From Gnetum montanum (taxonomy: Eukaryota > Plantae > Gnetophyta), in NCBI GenBank assembly GCA_015680685.1, contig MNCI01000651.1:62001-126000 (forward strand): a stretch of 64,000 nucleotides of DNA, read 5' to 3'. The first letter of the stretch is position 1. Each line of letters opens with the position of its first letter. The notes below the pieces were generated by a model. It saw only the letters and a program-made list of their open reading frames with translations, was not told the DNA's origin and made no database searches. Below, piece after piece: positions 1 through 12,031 of the stretch. The position numbers and the translations under genes are program-made.

Positions 1-820
1 GATAACACCCTCGTCTTCTGCAGGGCATAGTTTCATCATAACCGCGACAGAATACTTTACGAAGTGGGTAGAAGCAGCTCCCCTTCGAAAGATGACTTCT
101 AAACACATGTGCAACTTTATCCTAGAAAACATTGTAACCCGTTTTGGCATTCCCATGACAATCATCACCGACAACGGGCCACAATTTAGTAGCGCCGAAA
201 CAAAAACCTTTTGCTACAGTCTGGGGATTAAGCATTCGTTTTCTTCCCCTTACTATCCTCAAAGCAATGGGCAAGCAGAAGTAATGAACAAGACAATCAT
301 AAAAATACTTAAGAAAATACTAACCCAAAGCAAAACGAAATGGCACGAGCAACTAAAATATGCACTATGGGCATATCGCACTACACACCGGGTGTCCATA
401 GGTAAAACTCCGTATAGTCTCGTTTATGGCTCAAAAGCTGTTTTACCTTTGGAATTACAGGTACCATCGCTAAGGATCACACTCTCCGGACTCCTCGATG
501 ACGAGCAAAACAACGAGCTAAGGCTCATTGACCTCGGCTCGGTAGAAGAAGAACGTGCACGCGCACTCGATCAGATCGAATGGTACCAAAAGCAACAACG
601 ATAGTGGAATCAGCATGACATTAACAAGTGCCCAATCCACGAAGGTGACTTCGTACTCAAAGCTGCTCGGGAACACCCGGACAAATTCTCAGCCAATTGG
701 GAAGGGCCTTACATGGTCATCAAGGCATTCAATAATGGCGCATTCAAGTTAGCTGACATCGAAGGGAACGAACTCCCTTATCCAACAAACCATTTGTACC
801 TAAAACCGTTCTATGTCTGA
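1..820 (+). pseudogene. Ty3/Gypsy Tat/Ogre-like integrase C-terminal part (element A), one in-frame TAG at 602-604
   Basis: EYFTKWVEAAPL, ITDNGPQF, YYPQSNGQAE, ALWAYRTT, TPYSLVYG; the frame continues past the stop with NWEGPY (GPF/Y motif) to TGA 818-820. Confidence 0.95.
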
Positions 821-842
821 ACACAAGCTCAGGTACGTGTAA

Positions 843-1201
843 GTCCTGGGATCATGACTATAAACTGATACCACAGCTCGTCCTAGAATCATGATGATAA
901 ACTGATACCACAGCTCGTCCTGGAATCATGACGATAAACTGATACCACAGAATAGTCCTGGGTTATGACTTAAAACTAATACCCTAGTGTCCGCAATGAG
1001 AATAAACTAGCACCCATCCACAAACTACCACCGTCACAACCGTCAGGGTCTGCTAAGACTGTAAACTAGCTTGCCTCTTCATAGTCCGCTAAGACTAAAA
1101 AATGGCAATGTACCGTCCGTCACGACGCTAAACAGGCAATGTCCAACGGGTTATGACATAAAACTAACCCACAACAGTTTGCCAAGACTATAAACTGGCA
1201 A
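843..1201 (+). repeat. Tandem array of about 10 hairpin units (37-bp period at the start) with 11-nt loop NGACNNWAAAC
   Basis: GGAATCA-TGACGATAAAC-TGATACC, GGGTTA-TGACATAAAAC-TAACCC, TTGCCA-AGACTATAAAC-TGGCAA. Confidence 0.9.
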
Positions 1202-2209
1202 GTTCACATCCAACTTGGAAATCCACCACCACAATCATCCATCAGCTTCACTGCATCGCTCGTCATCAATACTGCCATCGTCTACATACAGGGCCTGCCA
1301 TACTTCAACATCTCTGTGTCATCGGCCACCATGTAAGTCTAAGCTCATCTATTCACTCACGGTTTTCTTGTCTCCTTGGCATTGTGTTTGCAGGATGACA
1401 CCCAGAAGTGTCGTACAAGAGTGCACTTCGTCACGAGCAGCAAGATAAGACACTGTTTGCAGCATACATGGCAAGACTGAATCAAACCATTCACCAGTAC
1501 GTCCCCATTCACTGATAAAACTCCCCTATCCATTCACCAAAACACTTTATCCCGACATCCCCTTGACACACTCGGTACATTTGAAACATCGTACTGCTTT
1601 AAAGCAGCTGCAACACGTCGCATAGCACCTGCGCATGAGTACACAGGAAAAGGAGAGTTTACAACGTAAAAAAAAAAACTAAGTACTAAGTATTGGCACT
1701 TCCCATACAAGCCCCAGGTGGGAAGGCAGTTGTCTCAAAACTAAGTACTCATGTCCAAAGCGCTCAAAGAACATCTAATTGCATGGCTTTGGCTCCCCGC
1801 CAGCAGGTTCCCCTTGAACACTAAACATGTGCCTTGCTCTCCTAAAGAATGTAACACATCCTCCCGTGACTTTGGCCTTGCCAACCGGTCCTCTTGAAAA
1901 CTAACCAAGAGCCTTGTTCTGCCAAAGAACGCACATCGCATGCCTGTACTCCGAGTCTGCTACAACAATGGCTAAGGCACGGATCGGCATGCCACATACC
2001 GAAACATCCCCTGTCCACACACTTCCTTGGGCAGTCGCCAATCCCTATCCTTCCATCAGCTACAAATTCCGCATTCTCGATCCCATGTACTACTGAACAC
2101 GGTGCGATGACGTCTCGTCCAAGTAGCAGCGGACAACGTTTCTATCGAGTTGCTTGTGGTGTTTTGCACTTCTTTGTCGATGCCTCTCGGGTCGATTCCT
2201 CAAAGCATC

Positions 2210-2225
2210 AACAAAGAGGGGCCAA
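2210..2225 (+). promoter_or_regulatory. Polypurine tract of element A
   Basis: AACAAAGAGGGGCCAA immediately before TGAAACACC; same arrangement before 12032, 27649 and 45568. Confidence 0.85.
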
Positions 2226-3478
2226 TGAAACACCACAAAGTTCGGAGCTTAGTACTTGTCCGACCCCAAACAAGACCTTGGAACTCACAAATGATGCCAG
2301 CTACATGATCGCAACACTTAGTTTTTGCTAAGTATATGGGGCCAGCGTATACACACACAGCGTGTATGCCCGATATTCACCAGCGTGTACGCCCAATATT
2401 CACCAGCGTATACGCCCGACATTCACCAGCGTATACGCCCAGCATTCCAGCGTATACGCCCAGCTCTCCGACGTATACGGCCAGGCACTGCAGATGCGCA
2501 CGCTCGACGATAGGATCTCCAATGACAGCATCAAGATAACACTGAAGAGCAAGGATTGAAGCAAGTGGCACCCTTTGGCGTATGCGCCCATTGTGTATGC
2601 CCAGCATTCCAGCGTATATGCCCAGCGTATACGCCCAGCATCCATCAGCGTATACGCCTGGCGTGTACGCCCACCATTCCAGCGTATACACCCAGCGTAT
2701 ACGCCCAGCACTCAGCATCTCCACCCAGTTCACGCCCAGCATTTTCAGCGTATACGCCCAGCGTATATGTCGACCTGATGCGGCGTATACGCCCAGCGTA
2801 TACGCCCAACAGTTGTAATATTTTGTATATTTGTAAAGTGTATACACCTGGTCAACGCGCCACGTGTCTCCCATCCCTAGTCTAGCGTAACAACCTGTAT
2901 AAAATCCCCTTTTTTCCACTTCCTCTGGACAGTTGGCAAAATCCCAGAGCACACCAGAGAACATTTACGCTGCGTAAAAAAGTAGGAAAACCTTCTTATG
3001 CTGGGAAGCCCTGCACACTGCGGATCCAGTCTCTTACGCTCCGCTCGCCCTGCAAACCGTCCGAGTCACCTCTGTGTACGCCGGGGCTTTTCGTCCGCCT
3101 TGTGTTCCCACAACTGCATTAGACCGGTGCACTGTACTCTGACTCTGTAATTCCACCATTTTATTTGCTGCAAGTTCTTTTACAGTTTTACGTTAATTTG
3201 GCCCACGCCTCGCTCACGCTTCGTTTGCATCCGTTTACGTTTTACGCTGTTTTTGCTTCGTTTACGCCTGCACGCCGTTTACGCACAACCCAGCGTATAG
3301 CATTTTGCGTACGCGTGCGGAAATCCTTGTCTGATCCACATGTAGACCACCCAAGGTACTCTGCCTCCTTTGCATTCCAGCGTGCCCTCAGGCAAAGGCA
3401 GGGTCTTCTGTACCCGTCCCGCGATCCCTCGGCCTCTGTTTTCCTTCCAGCCGGAGACCGACAATTTCGGGCGGTACA
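2226..3478 (+). repeat. 3' LTR of element A (TGAAAC...GTACA)
   Basis: Aligns end to end with 12032-13196 and similarity stops after CA; U3 has many CAGCGTATACGC repeats (2340-2810), a G-box CACGTGTC (2861) and TATAAAA (2898). Confidence 0.9.
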
Positions 3479-3675
3479 TCCCCCGCCTTGGCTCTTCTCT
3501 AGGTTTTCCTCCTCATTTTTTTTCTTATTACACGTATCCTCCTCCTCTCTGATGGTTTCCAAGGCCTGCTTCCTCACTTCATCAAATCGAAAACAATAAC
3601 GACACGTAAGCAATTGAAGTAAGGGTTATAAATGAACGAAAATGATGCAATAACAAGGGGATGAGCTTTGCTTAC

Positions 3676-4680
3676 TAGGTATCTTGAAGCGTATCCGCAT
3701 CACGCGTGGTTGGTTTATCTCGGCAACTTCCTCCGTGGTGCGTTCACGTCTTTTCAACTTTGACTTGGCTTTGCCAATGGTTTCTTTAATAACCCGCTCA
3801 GCCCGTCTGGCGGTTAAAGGTACATCCGCTGGCTCCACCCCCAGACTGTCCCGTGTGTGGATGGAACCGCCAGATGATCCTCCTGTGGTAATAAACACAG
3901 ACTCATCAATACCTTCTGGGGCATCCTGTGACCTGGCGGTCGCGTACAAGTGTTTGATCCACTGGCGGGATAGTTGACCCCGATCCCGTAGGACAAACTT
4001 GTTGTCCGCATGCACCACAAGAAACTTGGCAAAACGGTGAAGATAGCCAGTGAAGAAGGTAAAAGTGAAGTGTGATTGTGCTTCGATGTTTGAGCACAAC
4101 CGCACTATCTCTTTATGTAGGCCCGCCAACAAAAATTGAGCCCAGTTGTACCACAAGCCAGTTTCCAAAATAGTACACATGATGCGTACCCCCTCCACCC
4201 CAAAACTCCGCACCTGAGAAAGGGTTTTGGGAAACACCCGTGCTCGAAACAGGGGATACAGTTCGTTCACCTCAACAACCTTCGCCTTCCCCTGCATTGG
4301 GAACCCCTTGGTGCTTTTCTTCACACCAAGCCAAGACTCCAGTTCACAGATCATTTGGAGCTCTTTGTGAGACCTGTCCAACACTACGGGTAGGCCATCT
4401 GCCGGCATGCCAAATAAGTTAGAAAAGAATACAGGCGACAGATGAAACACCACCTTGACACCCTTAATCCGGGTGCTATACTGAGAGACAGACTCATTGA
4501 AAGAGTCCACGATCCCTATCATTTCCCCAATTGAGACATTAGGGCTGGGCGTCATAAAAAGTTCTAGGAGACCTGCATCATCCAAGCAACGGGTGAGAGC
4601 GGGCGGAGCACGCTTGTGTAGCCATTTCTACGCTTTTGCTACCTCCCCGAACTTCATTGACAAAGTTATCTCAGTTCAGC
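3676..4680 (-). CDS. Exon encoding a plant-transposon helical domain (Transposase_32/ATHILA ORF1/PMD-like)
   Basis: ORF 3626-4585: VFHLSPVFFSNLFGMPADG...YNWAQFLLAGLHKEI; clear homologue at 18950-19446 (VIFEITDDLFLDLFYVKSDGLP...DIYPIF). Confidence 0.65.
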
Positions 4681-5148
4681 CTGTTGTCACGGGATCCCCA
4701 CTGGAAGGTACATCAACTATTAAAGCAAGTTAAAACGACCACATCAACCTCCTGACCCCAAAACAGTTGAACAAATCCACCAACGCATTTAAGACATGCT
4801 ATTACTCACCGTCGGTGGCAGATCTTGAAGTGCTGCTAAAGCTATCTGGAAAGACTGGCCCCTGATCTATCCAGTTTTCATGGAGCCACCCATGAGCCTT
4901 ACACATCGCAAAGGCCCTGGAAAACTAATTATGGATCAAACCATTGAACCCTTCGTCTGAGCCAGTATGGCCCCGCGAAGAGTGGGGCCCATCATAAAGG
5001 CCTCCAGAGCGACGCGAGCGAGGGCTATCCCTTCATCCTCAATCAAAGTCCCATCTGGGTTGGTCTTCGGCCTGCAAATGAACGCATGTTAAAATAAAAA
5101 CTAACATCAAACGACGATCGATGAAGCAATAAAGTGAAATGGTCTTAC

Positions 5149-5598
5149 CAGGTTATCCTATACACTGTGCCAGGAGGATTCTGGAACAGGGTGTGTGCAC
5201 GGGCAGCTATAAACAATGTATTGTTAAGGTAATCCAACCCTGGTGGCAGCAATGCCCACAAACACGTTAACGAGCAGGTTGACTTGGGCCTGTGGGTAGT
5301 GCCATCCTCATCAACAAACGACCCCTCATCAATGTCTTCCATGAAGACCACGACACCTTCGGCGGCCCCCAGGAGTATTGCATCAACCACACTCCGTGCG
5401 GTCACTTTGTCAAAAAATGACCACATAGCCACTTCAAAATTGGTTAACAAGAAGGCCAGAAATTTGCCAGCACCTTCCCTGAACCAGACCCCCTTGCTAT
5501 CCACGAATAGATTTGGGGGCACATCGCCATCCTCAACACAGCCAGCCCATGTCAAAACCCCGACGGGTTCAACCATAATAAGAAAGCGTTTACTGTCC
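5149..5598 (-). CDS. Exon encoding a NIF/FCP1-like (CTD small phosphatase family) domain lacking the catalytic Asp residues
   Basis: FLIMVEPVGVL (family LVLDLNGLL), VWFREGAGKFLAFLLTNFEVAMWS (family VFKRPxxxxFLxFCFxNFEVxVWS), NNTLFIAARAHTLFQNPPGTVY (family NTLLIDDSPYKxxxNPPNTAI). Confidence 0.7.
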
Positions 5599-6851
5599 CT
5601 GCAACCAATCGCAATGTCACAAAACGAAAGTTCACATCATAAATCGGCGAAAAAGTCAAAAATTTAACTAACTGTTTATGCCTAGCGTATACGCTGTACA
5701 CAGAGCGTATATGCCAACTCTACGGTGCAAAAAACACAACTTATGCCCAGTGTATATGTTGTACACAGCATATATGCCCACGATATACATCCATGATTCA
5801 TGCTCAGCGTATACGCCGCACACAGCGTACGCTGAACAAACTTAGCGCTAAGAGCGATTCAGAATTAGCACATACGATATACACAGAGCGTACACGACGA
5901 TCTACACTTAGTGCAAAAAAACACGGTCAATCCGGCGTATACGCTGTCTGCAGAACGCATACGTTGACTAATAGTTAGCGTAAAGAGAAAAATTTAGCTC
6001 AGCGTACACGCTAGCCAACTCAGCGTCTACGCTGACAGCGATCGGTCTTACGTTGGGTATACGCTCAATTTCAAGTTCGGCGTGAATAGTTTACGACAAA
6101 AGGAAAGTGGTATGACGAAAACTGTACGCGTATGGCGTATACGCTGAACAAACCCTCAGCGTATATGCTATCACAAGAAATAGAACTTACACTAATGACG
6201 AACACGCTGACGAACTTTTATGCTAAAACAACGCAAAAAAATGTTTACACCAGGACTGAACACCGTCTACGGTGCGCAGATTACGCTACGCTGAAAACCC
6301 TCGCAAACCCGCTACGCTCGGCGTATACGCCGGGATCATCTACGCTAGAAAGCACAAACAAAAAAAATAGAAACAGGGATCAAGGCTTACCTCTGGGATG
6401 TTACGGACCACGCCGGCACCTTCAGCCTAGGCAGGCCCTGCAGCATGGCCTCCGTTTCTTCAGCAAAGGTGAAGGCAGGACCCTTCCTTGCCCTTGCCCA
6501 TTTCAGAGCATCTATACTAGCAATCCGCGTTCACGCTGAGTAACTGTACGCTGGCGTTAAGAAGTTCAAGCCTCGGCGTCTACATTGGGTTCAACCTTCG
6601 GCGTCTATGCTCAGGTTCCGGGTTACGCTTACGCTAAGGTATGGTGGTTTACGCTTACGCTTACGCTCGCTCAGCTTACGCCGCCGTTGCCTCGTTTTCG
6701 TCTTTTTTGCTTTTTTTGCCTATTTTTCACCAAAATCTGTCCAAAACGATAAAATTTAATGAAAATTCATTAAAAAACAGTGATTATTACGTCCTGGTTC
6801 CTCCGCGGACCCCATTTTACAAGTTTACGCTAGTTTAAACAGCCATTGGCC

Positions 6852-6945
6852 TGGTACGGCCTTAAACTACCATTTCCCCATCCGCCCATTGGCCTGGTAC
6901 AGCCTTAAACTGCCGCTCACTGCCCGGTAAGGCATAAAACTGCCA
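6852..6945 (+). repeat. Three 11-nt-loop hairpins just upstream of the RT splice acceptor in B
   Basis: TGGTA-CGGCCTTAAAC-TACCA, TGGTA-CAGCCTTAAAC-TGCCG, CGGTA-AGGCATAAAAC-TGCCA. Confidence 0.8.
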
Positions 6946-7054
6946 TACATCCAGGTGTGACGATAATCCACTGTTATACACGTACACATAGTCTAAAATC
7001 GTCAAAAGACACAGAATAATCCCTTTGCTCATGCAACTCTCGGTTTATTGGCAG

Positions 7055-10000
7055 GGATAAGCTCAATGGACTGCCAACACTTAACCGCACCGTTAACCAT
7101 CAACGGACCATACAGCACCATTACACGGGACTTTGACATAAACTTCATCAACTCAAGTTCACTAATGGACAACGCAGTCATAGCCTCAACACAGCAAACA
7201 ACAGAAGACTACGGAGGCATGACAAAATTTCTTGACATAGAGGCCGAAAACATCACTGAAGATCTGTTAGCTGAAACACCCATTACCATGCCTGACGTGG
7301 AAATCAAAATATTAAAATTAAGTACACTACTACAACCACACTTGGCACAAGACATCCAGAATGTACTTAGGGAAAACATGAAAGCATTCGCTTGGTCTTA
7401 TACATACATGCCTAGGCTAGATCCTAGAATTGTCCAACACAACATTATTTTGGACCCGAAACTGAGACCGATAAAATAGAAAGCATGAAAAGTGAGACCT
7501 GAGGTGGCATTGGCCGTCCGCAATGAGATCACCAAGATTTATCAATCTAGTTTCATTCGGGCCGTTGATTACATCGAATGGGTATCCAACATGGTCATCG
7601 TCCCAAAGAAAAACGGAAGCGTTCGCTTATGTATCGACTTCCAAGATTTAAACGTAGCAACCATAAAAGATGACTTTTTCTTGCCGAGCATCGATCAACT
7701 CGTTGACTCGACTGCCGGACATGCCTTACTATCTTTTATGGATGGTTTTTCGGGATACAACTAGATACGCATCAACCCTGAACATCAACTTCAAACAACC
7801 TTCATGACCCCATGGGGAACTTTTTGTTACACAATGATGCCCTTTGGTCTCAAGAATGCTGGGGCCACTTATCAAAAAGCTATGATGTTTATCTTTAGTG
7901 ATTACATGCTACGATCACTCAATGACTATGTAGATGACATCGTGGTTAAGTCAAAAAATATCGAACAACATGTACAAGACCTCAACCTAGTCTTAAAACG
8001 TTGTCTAAAATATGAGCTAAGGATTAACCCCAAAAAATGTGTCTTCGGTGTCAAAACAAGCAAGATGCTCAGATTCATAGCCTCTAAAGTAGGGATACGA
8101 GTGGACCCTGATAAGGTCAAGGCCATAATAAACCTGAAAACACCCAGTAACCTTACCGAACTTCGAGGTCTACAAGGTAGATTGCAGTTCATTAGGCATT
8201 TCGTAGAAAAATTAACAGACAAATTGAAACCTATGAACCACTTGTTGCGTAAAAATTTCCATTTCTAATGGACTCCGCAGTGCCAGGAAGCCTTCGAAAA
8301 TATCAAAACAGCACTTACCCGACTGCCTACGGTTTACCCGCCCCAAAACAAGAAACCGTTTTACATCTACCTTGCCACTTCAGAATCGTCCATCGCGTTT
8401 ATGCTCTGCCAGAAACGAGATGATGGAACCGAAGTCCCTATATACTTCTTGAGCCATGCCTTAGTTTCCCATGAAAAGAAATATAATGACGTGGAGAGGT
8501 CATGTTTAGCTTTGGTCTTTTCTCTAAGGAAATGGCGACACTACCTCTTCCGCAATCAAGTCTACGTAATTTGCAAGGACAATGTACTGAGAGCCATAAC
8601 AGGAAACATCTACGAAACGAGTCGTATAGCCTGGTGGAAAGCCATGATAGCTGAGTTTGACCTGTACTACGTAACACAATCATCAGTTAAAGGTCAAGCC
8701 AAAGCAAATCAAATGGCCGCATCACCAACGCATGACCAAGTGACCATAGAGCCTGAATTCCCGTATGAAAGTATAAGCATAATAGACACAGTGCCTGGTG
8801 ACTACGATGCTATTTTAAACTTCGATGGAGCATCCACCTCTCGAGGAGGAAGCGTTTCCGCTATCATCACTTATCCCTCTGGGGAGATCCAACCCTTTGC
8901 CTATCGCTTCAATTTTCACTGTACTAATAACATAGCATAGTATGAAGGTCTCCTTAGAGGTCTCACGACAGCACTGGCTTCAGATATCACACGGCTCATC
9001 GTCAGGGGGGATTCACAATTGGTTGTAAACCAAGTTACAGACATTTACACATGCAAAGCCCAACATTTACAACCATACTGTGACTTGGCGAAACATTTAA
9101 TCAAACAATTTGAACACATTGATGTGCAACACGTCTCTCGAAACGATAACACCATCGCAGACGCGTTAGCCACACTAGCGTTAAATATATCGCCCGACAT
9201 GTTCCATGCCTTACCAAGCTCTATAACCAACTATGCTAAACCAATAATCGATACTCCCGACATATTGCCGATTGCATCTGTTAGCTCAACACACGCAGTG
9301 GAATGGTATGATGACATAAAAGAGTACCTTCTACGCGGCGAAGCACCATGCCACCTAACAAATGCTCAGAAAGATGCAGTGCAAAAACAATCTAGGCAGT
9401 ACACCTTGGTAGGGGACACACTATGTCGACAATCCTACGAAGGAATATTGCTAACATGCGTCAGTAGTACTAACGCCCAAACAATCATTGATCAGGTACA
9501 TGAGGGACTATGTGAAGGACACATAGCACCAAAAGCCATGGCCACAAAAATAAGACGCTTAGGCTATTACTGGCCACACATGGAATATGACTACTCCTCC
9601 AAAGTCAAAACATGTAACATTTGTCAAAAACATAGTAACTTAATACATGTACCACCAAACAAGTTGCACACAGCACAAATAACATGGCCTTTTCAGAAGT
9701 GGGGATTTGACCTTATCGGCCCGATAACACCCTCATCTTCTGCAAGGCACAGTTTCATCATAACCACTACTGAATATTTCACGAAGTGGATAGAAGCAGC
9801 TCCCCTTCGAAAAACAACTTCTAAACACGTGTGCAACTTTATCCTAGAAAACATTGTAACCTGCTTTGGCACCCCTTTGACAATTATCACTGACAACGGG
9901 CCGGAATTTAGTAGTGCTGAAACAAAAACCTTTTGCCATAGTCTAGGGATCAAACACTAGTTTTCCTCTTCTTACTATCCTCAGAGGAATGGGCAGGCAG

Positions 10001-10542
10001 AAGCAACCAATAAGAAGATCATAACGATACTTAAGAAAATGCTAACCCAAAGCAAAAGGAAGTGGCACGAGCAATTACTATACGCATTATGGGCTTACCG
10101 CACTACTCACCAGACGTCAATAGGTAAAACTCCGTACAGTCTTGTTTACTGTTCAGAAGTCATTTTACCTTTAGAATTGCAGGTACCATCTTTAAGGATC
10201 ACACTCTCCGGACTCCTCGACGATGGTCAAAACAATGAGCTACGTCTCATTGACCTCGACTCAGCGGAAGAAGAACGCATACGCGCGCTTGATCAGATCG
10301 AATGGTACCAAAAGCAACAACGATAGCGACATCGGCATGACATTAACAAACGCCCAATCCACGAAGGCGATCTTGTACTCAAAGCTGTTTGTGAACACCC
10401 GGACAAATTCTCAACCAACTGGGCAGGGTCTTACGTGGTCATCAAAGCATTCGATAACTGCGCATTCAAGCTGGCCGACATGAAAGGGAATGAGCTTGCT
10501 AATCCGACAAATCATTTGTACCTAAAACCATTCTATGTCTAA
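7055..10542 (+). pseudogene. pol: pol of B: RT, RNase H, additional archaeal-type RNase H (aRH), integrase; several point stops
   Basis: LCIDFQDLN, FMDGFSGYN, MPFGLKNAGATYQ, YVDDIVVKS; aRH NFDGAS..CTNNIA..GDSQLVVNQV..NTIADALA; HHCC zinc finger HEGLCEGH..CNICQKH; rve core. Confidence 0.95.
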
Positions 10543-10564
10543 ACATAAACTCAGGTACACTCAA

Positions 10565-11006
10565 GTCCTGGAATCACGACTATAAACTGATACCACAACA
10601 AGTCCTGGAATCACGACTATAAAATGATACCACAGCAAGTCCTGGAATCACGACTATAAAGTGATACCACAACAAGTCCTGGGATCACGACTATAAACTG
10701 ATACCACAGCTCGTCCTGGAATCATGACGATAAAATGATACTACAAAACAGTCCTGGGTTATGACTTAAAACTAATACCACAGTGTCCGCAACGACGATA
10801 AACTAGCACCCGTCCGGCATGATAGTAAACTACTGCCGTCACAACCATCAGAGTCTGCCAAGACTATAAACTAGCTTGCCTCTTCATAGTCTTCTAAGAC
10901 TAAAACCTGGCAACGTACCGTCCGCCACAACACTAAACAGGCAATGTCCAACGGGTTATGACATAAAACTAACCCATAATAGTCTGCCAAGACTATAAAC
11001 TAGCAA
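10565..11006 (+). repeat. Hairpin tandem array in 3'UTR of B (about 13 units)
   Basis: Five ~37-bp GTCCTGGAATCACGACTATAAACTGATACCACA units followed by stem-variant units. Confidence 0.9.
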
Positions 11007-12031
11007 GTTCACATCCGGCACCTCACTCTGCTGCCATGCTCGTTCATCGCTCGCTTCATTGCACCACTTGCTATCAGCTGCCATCTTCAGTACTGCTTTC
11101 ATCTGCATACAGTACCTGCCGCTCTCCAGCACCTCTGTGCCTTCAGCCACCATGTAAGTCTAAGCTCGTCTATTTGCTCACAATTTTCTTGTCTCCTTGG
11201 TGTTACGTTTGCAGGATGACACCCGAAAGTTTCGTACAAAGATGCACTTCATCGTAAGCAGCAAGATAAAACAATGTTCGCAACATACCTAGCAGGACTA
11301 AATTAAACCATTCACTAGTACATCCCCATTCATTCCCCAGTTTCCATTCAACTACACCCTTGGCATACGCAGTACATTCAAAACATTGAGCACGCTGTTG
11401 CACGCTGTGATATGCCACACAATACAACACTTGTGCACGAGTACACAAACAGAGCAAAGTTTGCAAAAAAAGAAAAAAAAAGACCCCAGGCACTTCCCAT
11501 ATAAGCCCCAGGTGAGAATGCAGTCGTCTCAAAACCAAGTACTCATGCCCAAACTGGTCAAAAAGCATCTAGTCGCATGGCTTTGGCTCCCCGCCAACAG
11601 GTTCCCCTGAACACTTAACATGGGCCCTGTTCTCCCAAAGAATGCAACACATCCTCTTGTAGCTTTGGTCCCATCAACAAGTTCTCTTGCACACTAACCA
11701 AGAGCCTTGTTCCGCCAAAAGAAACACCTCGCATGTCTAAACTCCGAGTCTGCTAAACAATGGCTATTGACCAGGATCGGCATGCCTCACATCAGAGCAT
11801 CCCCTTTCCCCTGATTAATCTCCTAGACCGATCATCAATCCCCGCAATCTCCCTGACCTCCCAGATACAAAATTCCTCTTTCCCAATCCTCTGTACTACT
11901 GAACACGGTGCGATGATGTCTCATCCAAGTGGTAGCAAACAACGTCTCTATTGAGTTGCTTGTGGTGTTTTGCACTTCTTTGTCGACGCTTCTCGAGTCA
12001 ATTCCTCCAAGCATCAATAAAGAGGGGCCAA

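Larger units (their letters stand above)
1..3478 (+). mobile_element. Tat/Ogre-like LTR retrotransposon A, 3' part (INT, 3'UTR, PPT, 3' LTR), inserted in element B
   Basis: Integrase, then 1.4 kb UTR, PPT and TG..CA LTR; colinear with 9725-13196. Confidence 0.9.
3479..6450 (-). pseudogene. Spliced antisense accessory gene of B: degenerate FCP1/NIF HAD-phosphatase-like domain plus Transposase_32/ATHILA-ORF1-like domain; truncated by insertion A
   Basis: Predicted exons ~6450-6391, 5598-5149, 5071-4810, 4680-3676 with GT-AG introns in phases 2,2,1; homologous to the gene in C; a few stops and one frameshift in exon 3. Confidence 0.75.

Noticed and set aside
602-604. Programmed readthrough at the TAG shared by A and B integrases (also 10324-10326)
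   Set aside because: C has a Gln codon at this position; CAG>TAG is the commonest CHG deamination here and no readthrough context is present
886-910. Box C/D (ATGATGA..CTGA) kink-turn or hammerhead ribozyme in the repeats
   Set aside because: CTGA is only the stem variant of some units (others have CTAG, CTGG or CTAA), and there is no CUGANGA/GAAA hammerhead core
2325-2964. Overlapping ORFs rich in AYTP/RIRP/VYAQ
   Set aside because: Artefacts of the stop-free GCGTATACGC repeats in the LTR
3626-5598. Host gene or independent DNA transposon inserted in element B
   Set aside because: A homologous gene sits at the same position in diverged element C with no TIR or TSD, so it belongs to the retrotransposon family
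10565-11006. CRISPR-like array
   Set aside because: No unique constant-length spacers and no cas genes; the context is a plant retrotransposon UTR
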